Shown here piece after piece: positions 1 to 9,300 of a stretch of 29,162 nt of DNA. The position numbers and the translations under genes were made by a program. Positions within the stretch are counted from its first letter, which is position 1, and each line of letters starts with the position of its first letter. The DNA lies in the IMG/VR virus record IMGVR_UViG_3300035135_001003, positions 1 through 29,162 of that record. The stretch is one strand, 5' to 3'. The notes under the pieces were generated by a model, which had not been told where the DNA came from, searched no databases, and saw only the letters and a list, made by a program, of their open reading frames with translations. The stretch is from a virus (Duplodnaviria; Caudoviricetes).

Positions 1-2
1 TC

Positions 3-1337
3 GTAATGGCGAAACCAGACGTAACTAGACAGATTGTATCTGTTGCTGCTACTGCTGCACCTAACGTCGTCAGTGCATCTGTTATTTCTACTTCTAGAGC
101 AATCACCACGACTGTTCAAAGGGAAATTGACAGCACATTCCTGGAGAGAAAGACCTACAATGCTGCAGGTGCCTTCCTACAAACAGACCTCCCACAAGGT
201 TCTACTATTGTATACATCCCAGATACATCACAATTTGCTTCAAACGGAAAGATTCTGGTTGGCGACGAGGTTATCTACTACCCACGTAAGTATGACGATC
301 GTTTCCTCTTCTGTGAGAGAGGACAGGATGGAACAAATGATCAACTGTGGACTGCAGGAACTTTTGTCCGTCAACTGGAAGATCTCGTATCTGTTGTTCC
401 TGGTGGCGTCAATACAATTCAGAGCATCAGTTCTGTATCCTCTTCTCACCTTGTTGAAGGTAGAGGCGCTGAGTCTGTAAGAACATTGCAGGTGCTAGGA
501 GGATCTGCGACATTACCTGGCACGACCGATAGAGTAAGTGTTATCGAACTGCAACCACAAATTGATGTAGAATCTATTTCTACTGTATCGTTTGACAGAA
601 GTTCGTTTATCGAGACTGGTGTTATTGGTATTGACCCAATGGTCGTTACATATCAAGAGACCACTATTCGTACTGATCAACAAATTAATGTTATATTTGA
701 TTACTCTGTCAGGAGAGAGTCTACTGCGCTCTTACTATTCACACCACCTAGTGGTCTACTTGACTTCTACCAGGAAGAAGTATTCTTTACCAATCCAGTT
801 GAAACAAGAAATAACGGACCTGTTACTCTTATTGCAAAGACTGTTACTAAGAGAAATTCTGTTGTTATCGACCTTGTTAACGCAGATGAGGGATTGAATA
901 CATATCAAGGAGAGTATACTGTTGGTAACCTAGGTTCCAATATTGGTAACTGGACAACGGTTGGATATGATGATGGCACGGCAAATGTTTCTAACTGGAC
1001 TATCCAGCATTTCGAGAGATATTTTGCCGCAGTATCTATCAATGACTTTGTTAAGAGGGCAAATTCAAACTTCACTCTTGGTGGTCAAAAGTGGAATCTT
1101 GGTAACCCATCCATTCAAAACCCAGTCACCACAACCACTTCAAGCGGTGCAATACCATCAACCATCACAGTTGCTGACACTACGTATTTCCCATCATCGG
1201 GTCACCTCTTTACTGAGAGCGGATCTGTGGTAGAATATACGGGCAAAACCGCAACATCCTTTACAGGATGTACTTTACTGAGAGGAACTACTACTATTGC
1301 GAGCGGAGACGAAATCGTACCGTTCTCAATTTCCTAA
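3..1337 (+). CDS. C-terminal part (5'-truncated) of a large baseplate/virion structural protein, probably gp7-like wedge protein
   Basis: The frame is open to the window edge (first ATG at 6). It has two copies of a module typical of cyanomyovirus baseplate proteins (IVYIPDTSQFASNGKILVGDEVIYY..FCERG; ITVADTTYFPSSGHL..VEYTGKTATSFTGC) and lies directly upstream of gp8. The gp7 label is from synteny only. Confidence 0.6.
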   Translation, partial: VMAKPDVTRQIVSVAATAAPNVVSASVISTSRAITTTVQREIDSTFLERKTYNAAGAFLQTDLPQGSTIVYIPDTSQFASNGKILVGDEVIYYPRKYDDRFLFCERGQDGTNDQLWTAGTFVRQLEDLVSVVPGGVNTIQSISSVSSSHLVEGRGAESVRTLQVLGGSATLPGTTDRVSVIELQPQIDVESISTVSFDRSSFIETGVIGIDPMVVTYQETTIRTDQQINVIFDYSVRRESTALLLFTPPSGLLDFYQEEVFFTNPVETRNNGPVTLIAKTVTKRNSVVIDLVNADEGLNTYQGEYTVGNLGSNIGNWTTVGYDDGTANVSNWTIQHFERYFAAVSINDFVKRANSNFTLGGQKWNLGNPSIQNPVTTTTSSGAIPSTITVADTTYFPSSGHLFTESGSVVEYTGKTATSFTGCTLLRGTTTIASGDEIVPFSIS

Positions 1338-1358
1338 ATATCGGTATAAATATAAATA
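1334..1358 (+). promoter_or_regulatory. T4-type late promoter cluster
   Basis: Two overlapping perfect TATAAATA boxes (1345-1352, 1351-1358) plus CTAAATA (1334-1340), about 40-60 nt upstream of the gp8 ATG at 1396. Confidence 0.85.
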
Positions 1359-1395
1359 ACTTTGGCACAAAACACTACGTCGGAACGGAAAACCA

Positions 1396-3213
1396 ATGGC
1401 TGCTATTATTTCTGATAAGTTTAGAATTTTCAACGCGAAACAATTTCTTGAGTCGTTAACTGAGGGTCCCAACGACACCAGTGCGGAACGCTCTAGAATG
1501 TACTTCTTTGTGGGTCGCCCACAACCCTGGTATGCATACCTTGAGACATATTCCGTGACTGGCGGTGCTCTCTCGGAAGGTGCAGAAGTCTACGTAGGTG
1601 CCAACTATGGTGCTGCTACGTTCCGAGGAACAATTGCCAAAGTTTATGATGGTGCCGTTCTGTTGTCTGGAATCTTTGGTTCCTCTGGCGTTAATTCCAC
1701 TCCTGGTGCCCTAGGCGCAACTCTTAAAGAGTATTCTGGCGGATCCGACACTGGTACTACTGCTAAAGCAGGTGTCTATCGTTATGGTACAGAAAACGAG
1801 CCACCCCTTCCTCTAGACAACCAAGTCGAAAGTTTTGACGTTTATGATGACGTTATCGCTGCCAAGAGAATTACCAGCGAGTTTGCCCGTGCCGTCGTTC
1901 GTCGTTACAACTGGGATCTAGTTGCTAACCCTAAGTTCGACATGTACAAACCCGACTACTCTGCAACTCCTGCAGGTGGCGGTCAACTAGGTAAAGCAAC
2001 TGCTACAGGTCAGACCAGCATTGCTGATGCTAAGTTCTATGTAATGAATAGCACTTACGAAGTATTCAAGTGCCTCTATAACGGTGAAAGTTCTGCTAAC
2101 CCATCTGGTCAGAACGCAACCGAAGAACCAAGCACAACTTCTGGTAACTACGCTAACGGCATCTACACAGAAGCATCTGGCGCTGGTTACATCTGGAAGT
2201 ACATGTTCACACTTCCTACCGATGATGTACTCCGTTTCCTCTCTTCGGACTTCATGCCAATCGTTCTTGCTAACAACGCTACTCGCGTTTCTACTCAGAA
2301 CGCAGCAGTTGCTGGTGCAATCGACGTTGCTGTCGTAGAAGATGCAGGTAGCAACCTACCTGCTGCACAGACACTTTACACCGCAATCCGTGGTGATGGT
2401 GCTAACGGTGTTGTACAGTTCACTACCACTGCTGGTGGTGCTATCGATCCTGCTTCTGTCTCAGTTGCAGTCAAGGGAACTGGTTACACTTATGCTTCTG
2501 TTTCTCTTGCTAATGGTAACCTCTTCGGTGACCAAGCACTAAGCAGTGCAGTTGCAACTCCTTCTGGTTTCACTGGATCTATCGAAGTAATCGTTCCTCC
2601 TAAGGGTGGTCATGGTTCTGACATGGAACTAGAACTCAACGCTAAGCGCGTTATGACCAACATTCGCCTCACCTATGCTGAAGGTGCTGGTGACTTCCCT
2701 GTTGATAACGACTTCCGTAGAATCGGTATTCTCAAGGACCCATACAACCAAGGAACCACTACATTTGCTACCGCTGATACCCTCAACGGTCTGTATGCAG
2801 TTAAGATCACTGGTACTGGTGGCACTGACTACATCGCTGACGAAAGAATTTCTCAGACTGTAACTGGTGGTACTGCATATGGTACAGTTGTTTCTTGGGT
2901 ACTAGACAACGGTTCTACAACCGATGGTATCCTCAAGTATTATCAGACTCCTGCTGAGCACCTTGATAGTGACGGTAAAGTCCGTCTCTTCGAGGCAAAT
3001 GGTTCCGCAGCAGTTACTGGTGCTCAATCCAACGCTGGTGGAAGCCCAGACACCACTGTTAACGGTGCTGTCGAAGGCGTCACGCTAACCAACGGTATCG
3101 GAACACCTGAAGTTGATAACAACTCTGGTGATTTGATCTACGTTGAGAACAGAAGACTAATCACTCGCGCTCCTGACCAGATTGAAGACATCAAACTAGT
3201 CATCGAGTTCTGA
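1396..3213 (+). CDS. gp8: Baseplate wedge subunit gp8 (T4-like), 605 aa
   Basis: N-terminus MAAIISDKFRIFNA..MYFFVGRPQPW; motifs AAKRI..VVRRYNW, FYVMNSTYEVFKCLYN, GYIWKYMF, NDFRRIGILKDP; C-terminus SGDLIYVENR..ITRAPDQIEDIKLVIEF. All are characteristic of T4-like gp8. Confidence 0.9.
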   Translation: MAAIISDKFRIFNAKQFLESLTEGPNDTSAERSRMYFFVGRPQPWYAYLETYSVTGGALSEGAEVYVGANYGAATFRGTIAKVYDGAVLLSGIFGSSGVNSTPGALGATLKEYSGGSDTGTTAKAGVYRYGTENEPPLPLDNQVESFDVYDDVIAAKRITSEFARAVVRRYNWDLVANPKFDMYKPDYSATPAGGGQLGKATATGQTSIADAKFYVMNSTYEVFKCLYNGESSANPSGQNATEEPSTTSGNYANGIYTEASGAGYIWKYMFTLPTDDVLRFLSSDFMPIVLANNATRVSTQNAAVAGAIDVAVVEDAGSNLPAAQTLYTAIRGDGANGVVQFTTTAGGAIDPASVSVAVKGTGYTYASVSLANGNLFGDQALSSAVATPSGFTGSIEVIVPPKGGHGSDMELELNAKRVMTNIRLTYAEGAGDFPVDNDFRRIGILKDPYNQGTTTFATADTLNGLYAVKITGTGGTDYIADERISQTVTGGTAYGTVVSWVLDNGSTTDGILKYYQTPAEHLDSDGKVRLFEANGSAAVTGAQSNAGGSPDTTVNGAVEGVTLTNGIGTPEVDNNSGDLIYVENRRLITRAPDQIEDIKLVIEF

Positions 3214-3231
3214 TCCAAAATAAATATCACC

Positions 3232-3262
3232 AAGTCCTCCGCTAGCGCGGGGGATTTTTTTT
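3232..3262 (+). terminator. Rho-independent terminator after gp8
   Basis: Stem TCCTCCGC (3235-3242), loop TAGC, stem GCGGGGGA (3247-3254, one G-U pair), followed by 8 T (3255-3262). Confidence 0.9.
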
Positions 3263-3268
3263 ATCTCG

Positions 3269-3276
3269 TCTAAATA
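3269..3276 (+). promoter_or_regulatory. Late promoter variant (TCTAAATA) for the 2820-aa gene
   Basis: CTAAATA immediately after the terminator and 35 nt upstream of ATG 3312; GGCGGA SD-like motif at 3301-3306. Confidence 0.7.
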
Positions 3277-3311
3277 CTAACGACTAAGATACTAGTATTT
3301 GGCGGAATACC

Positions 3312-6300
3312 ATGCCACAGAAGACTAACTTAAATGTTTCTCCTTATTTTGAGGATTTTGACGATAACAAGAATTTCTACAAAATTCTTTTCCGTCCTGG
3401 GTACTCTATTCAGAGTAGAGAATTAACACAACTTCAATCTATTTTACAGAACCAGATTGAAAGCTATGGTAAGTATGCATTCAAACAGGGAGATCTAGTA
3501 ATCCCTGGTGAAGTAGGATTAAATAATAAACTAGACTACGTTAAATTATCTTCTGTATCTGAGGTTGCTGTTAATGATGGCGATGATAACATTGTCTACA
3601 AGAAGTATGACATTGAACAGTTAATTGGTACACAACTAAGAGGTCTTACTTCTGGTGTTATTGGAAACGTAGTTTCTACACAGAACGCTACCGAAACCAA
3701 TGCAGATACACTATTTGTCATCTACACAACTAGTGGTAATGCTAATAACGAGTCTACCTTCCGCCAAGGTGAGACTTTAGAAGTTATTGATGGTATCAAT
3801 ACACCATTAATGGTTGTTGGTACAGATGGTTCTGTTCTACCAACTGCCGTAACTGTTGTCGATCCTGACACAGCGGAAGAATCTTCTGTAGTAAGTCCAG
3901 CAATGGGTTTTGCTTCTGCTGTTAAAGTAGAAGAGGGTATCTATTTTGCTAATGGATATTTCGTAAGAAATGAAGAGCAACTACTAGTCATCGATCCATA
4001 TTACAATGCACCTAGTGCAAAAATTGGATTCCGAGTTATGGAGGATATCGTCACTCCAGAGGAAGATGAATCCTTATATGACAACTCTATTGGGTCTTCT
4101 AACTTCTCTGCTCCTGGAGCACACAGACTGAAGATTAGTCTATCACTCAAGAAGTATGATCTAGATACCCAAACCGATAAGAATTTTATTCAGCTCCTTC
4201 GTGTGAAGAGAGGTGTTGTACAAAAGAAAGTTGTACAAGCAGATTACTCCCTACTAGAGCAGACACTCGCTAGAAGAACTTACGACGAGTCTGGTGATTA
4301 CGTTGTTGATAACTTCTCTGTAGACATTAGAGAGTGGGCACAAAAAGAAGGCAATAACGGCGTCTATGCTGTTGATGCTGATGGCAATTATAATGGTCTA
4401 GATGAGCAAGATGCCTCTAGAAAAATGATTGCTAATGTTGGTGCTGGTAAGGCATACATTAGAGGATATGAAATTGTCAACAAAGAGACAAAAGAGATTG
4501 AAGTAAGTAAAGCAAGAGAAACTCTTGAGAGTGATAATCAAGTTATTAAGACTAGAGGTCTTCCAACTTACTCTGTTGCTAACGTATCTGGATCTGTTCC
4601 TTTGAATGCAGAAGGTTCTGATCTCACTGCATATCCAGATGTTGAATTGTTCTCTTTGTATAATGACGGAACAATTGGTCAACAAGTTGACTTTGCTTCT
4701 GGAATTAGATTTGTAGAAGACGCTGATGAAAGAATAAGCACAGTAGATCGTAGAGGAAGTATCTACAGTGATGATGATGGTGTAAAAACATTTACTGTAG
4801 AAATTACACAGTCTAACACCGTCCAAAAGTTAAACCCAGCAAATAACGCTGCTCCTACCATTTCATTCACAGACATTTGTGATAGCAGCAATCAACTGTA
4901 CACTGTTGCAACTAGAGCATCTGGTCTTCCAGAATCTTACAGTACATTTAAAGTTCTCGGATTCAGTGTTGTAACCAGACCTGATGTAAGCCCTGGAGAT
5001 GCAGCGAAGAGATTTGCAGAGATTACACTACTAGGAAGCAAAGCAAAACTAGATTCTCTTGTAGAATTTGATGTAGAAGATGATGGAAGCAGAAGATATT
5101 TCTATCTAAACACAACAACTGGTGCTGGATTAGGTCCTATTGCTACAGTAACTTATAGTGCTGGTACAACTCTTGGGTCAGAAGCAAACGCTACTTATAC
5201 TGGTGTTACTGGTAATTCTTCTGCTAATGGTCTCAGTGCAACATTTACTGTTGCTCGTAACAGCAGTGGTGTAATTTCTAACGTCACTGTTACTGCTGGC
5301 GGAACTAACTATACACCAACCGAAACTATTACAATTCTTGGCAGCACAATTGGTGGTGTTGACACTACAGATGATATCACTATTACTGTAGCAACTATTG
5401 ATAATGTTTCTAGACTTGGTTATATTACTGATTACAGTGATGTAATTACTCCACTGGTTGGAACCACAAAATCTAGCAACTTCACACTGAAAGAAAGAGG
5501 ATTTGGATTCAACGGTGATACTGATATTGTCCTTTCTAAAGGAACTCTTGTCAGTGGCGAAAAAGTTTATAATTCTATTTTCGGACTAGGATACTTTGGT
5601 CCTACGTTCTTCACAAAACTTGTATTAGAAGAAACACCATCTACTGGGTTCTCTTCTGGTCAATATGTTGTTGGTGTTACTAGTGGTGCATATGGTGTAA
5701 TTGAAGGAAGTACAGATTCTTCTTTCAGTAGTGCTGCCATGCTGATGGTTCGTACCCTCTCTGGAACATTTAAGTCTGGAGAAGTTCTGATTGATGAGAA
5801 CAGCAATAGTGCTAAGATTGCAACTGACAATACCATTTCTCACTTTGTTACCAAGTATAGATCTACTGGTGGATATCCCGCTGATGCAGGAATCTCTATC
5901 AACGGTCAACCATTCGACAGTTCTAAGGTAACCCTTACTGTTGATGCTGGTGGTAGGGTTGTTTCTGCTGTTATTAGAGAAAGAAAAGCTTTCTCTCAAA
6001 AATATTCCCAACCACCCACCGTAACTATTACTGCTCCTACTGCAAACGTTGCTCTTGCAGCAAGAGTTGATGCAGTATTGTTTAGAAATACTGTTACTAC
6101 TTACAGTCCTGCAGATGTTAAGTCTTTTGGTTCTGCATTTGGTAGTCTTGGTGCTAACAAGTTTACTGCTGATATCGAAAGCAACAAAACAGAATATGTA
6201 AATCTTACTTCGGTTACTGAATTTACCTTCTCTGGTAAAAAAGGATATAGATTCCTAGAGTGTAATGGTTTTGGTGGAGATGCTACACAACTTCTCAAGC

Positions 6301-9300
6301 AAGGTGATTACATCCAATTTACTGGAACAGATGGTAAGTCTGTAAGAGCATCTGTTCAATATGCAACTAAACCAGAAGGCACTATCAAGTCTAGAATTTA
6401 TCTAAACACTGCTATTCCAGAAGATGTAACTAATGATAGCATTGTCAAGATTTCTCCAAAGATTGATAACTTTGGATCTGGAACACTAATCTATCCAACT
6501 GGCAGTGGTCAAGTTGCATCGGTTTCCAGAGGATCTGAAGACTCCAAGATCAAGTATTATTACAGAAGAGATTTCGTAACTACTTCTACCAGTAACTCAA
6601 ATACAATTACATTTACAGCTCAACTACCATTTGGTACTCAAAGGTTTGTAACTTTCAATGAGTCCAATTTTGTTATGACTGTTCTTGATCCTGGTGACGC
6701 TACTACTGTCAAGAAAGGTGATATTGTATACATCACCGCAGACAATGTATCTACAACCAACCAAACTGATCAGGCAAGTGGACTAAATGCTGGTTCTGTA
6801 GAAATTAGTTTACCAACTACAGTATTCAACGCAACAAATAATTTCCCTAAACTAAAACTATCTGCTACTCTAGAACTATCTAAAGCACGTCCTAGAATTA
6901 AAACAAACGTTCCTAATAAGAGAATTCTTATTAAGTCTGTTGGAGACAGAGTTATTCCTCTCCGTGGAGAAGATTTTGATAGTGAATCTACTACACTCAC
7001 AACTTATGCAGATGCATATAAGTTGAGATATGTTTATGAAGGAACATCTGTTGCTGCACCAGAAGTTGATACTGCTGGTAACCTAGTTGGTAATGGTCAG
7101 GACATCACTGATAGATTTACTTTCGATGATGGACAGAGAGATACATTCTACGATGTTTCTAGAATTGTTCTAAAACCAGGATACCCTGCACCTACAGGAC
7201 AACTTGTCGTAGCATTTGATTACTTCGAGCACTCTGCTGGTGATTTCTGTACAGTAGATAGTTACAACCACGAATCTGGTGTAACTCTAGAAGAAATCCC
7301 ATCATTCAACTCTGCTGTTCATGGTATCGTTTCACTTAAGAACGTCCTTGACTTCAGACCTAAGGTTGATAACTCTTCTTATATCACTGGTTATTCAAAT
7401 ACTTCTTCTAGACAAGGCATTGCTACCAGTTTCATTGGCGAAGGTGGTGTAGTTTCTGTAACACCTGCTCCCGATCGTGGTTTGGAATATACATTCAGCT
7501 TTAGTCAAACAGAATTCTTGAGCAGAATTGATGGTATCTTCCTTAACAAGAAAGGACAGTTTGTACTCAAAGAAGGTAACTCTTCACAGAATCCAACTCG
7601 TCCAGAACCTCTGGATGATGCAATCGCTCTATACTACCTCTATATTCCAGCATTTACTACGAGCAGCAAGGATGTAAGAATTACTCCTGTTGATAATCGT
7701 AGATATACGATGAAGGATATTGCTAAGTTGGAGAAGCGTGTTGAGAGACTTGAGTATTACACTACTCTCAGCATCCTTGAGCAGCAAGCACTAGGAATGC
7801 AAATTCGTGATGAAATTGGATTCAATAGATTCAAAACTGGATTTATCGTCGATAACTTTGAAACTCACCTGAGAGGTGAAGTATCTTCTAGTGATTACAA
7901 GTGTGCTATTGATACACAACAGTCTGTACTGAGATCTCAAACACATGAGGATGCTTATGCTCTTGTAGAGTCAAATACAAGGAATGATCAACGTGTTATT
8001 GATGGATACCAAAAAACTGGTAATATTGTAACTCTACCTTATACAACGTTACCTCTACTGGGTAATGAGTTTGCTACCAAGACGATCAACCCAAATCCAT
8101 TTGTAGCACTCCAGTATGTTGGAGAGGGTGCCCTAGAACCAAACATTGATTCTTGGTACGACGACAGTGTAGAACCACTGGTCGTAGACAATAACACACA
8201 ACTATATTCTATTTTCCTAGCAAAGAATGATATTACTGAAGCATATTCCAGCATCTTCAATTCCTTCATTGTTAACTGGATTGGATCGAAAAACAGCTTT
8301 GGTGAAATCACGTCATTTGGATCTACCAATTCCGACAGTGCATTCTCCAAGGTTGAATCTGCTTCCGTCGCAAGTTCTTCCAACGTAAGTCCACAGAACA
8401 ATGAGTTAGGAAAAGGTCTATCTACAGATAGCAATGAGAAAGGATCAATTGCAACCTCTCTCAAGTTCTTTGCAAGAAGTATTGCTGTTAAGTACGTAGT
8501 CAAGAGACTAAAACCATCCACTAAACTATATCCTTTCTTAGAAGGAAGAGATATTACAAGGTGGGTAAACCCAGATACCAGATTCACTGGTCTTGCAGGC
8601 AACTCTCTATCTGGTTTTAATGGCAGCATCGTTACTGATGAAAATGGTAACGCAAGTGGTTTGATTCTAATTCCTGGTGGATATGCTCCACTTGAGAATG
8701 CTACTTGGACTGGTGATGTCAATACTGTAAATTACGACTTGACATCTGAGCAAGTTAGAGTTACCACTGGTATTAAGACAGTTAGGTTTACGTCCAGTGC
8801 AACAAACGCTGCTAAAGACACTGTAGATTCTTATGCTGAAGTCAAGTATTATGCTCTTGGCAGACTACCAGAGAATCCTTCTACTATCAACTCCACTCTA
8901 CCTGCTATCTTTAAAGCAAATGAAGGTGTACAGTTGATTGATAGCGTTACTGATGTGGAGACAAAACCAAATCCACTAGCACAAACATTCAAGATCGAGA
9001 ACTTCGATGGCGGTTGCTTTGCTACTGGTGTTGATCTCTACTTCAATAAAAAGTCTACCAATATTCCAATCAGAGTATATCTGACTAATACAGAGAGTGA
9101 TAAGCCTGGCAAGTATATTCTTCCTGGCACAGAACGTTCTTTGACTCCTAATACAAGAATTCGTGTATTTGCCAACGGCACTGCTACTATCAAGATCAAC
9201 GAAGTTATTACTGGTTCCAGATCAAATTGCAGTGGTCCTCTAGCAAAAGTTCTAGACAAGAACAATAACGAAATTACTGCTACCGTAAACGGAGAAGTTA

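Noticed and set aside
1268-1459. 63-aa ORF bridging gene 1 and gp8
   Set aside because: It overlaps both genes out of frame and spans the promoter region, with no supporting signals.
8039-8722. 227-aa antisense ORF, and the other minus-strand ORFs such as 4398-4826, 15246-15665 and 25454-25831
   Set aside because: They lie fully inside long, motif-bearing plus-strand genes and have no recognisable domains. They are expected shadows of the sense-strand codon bias.
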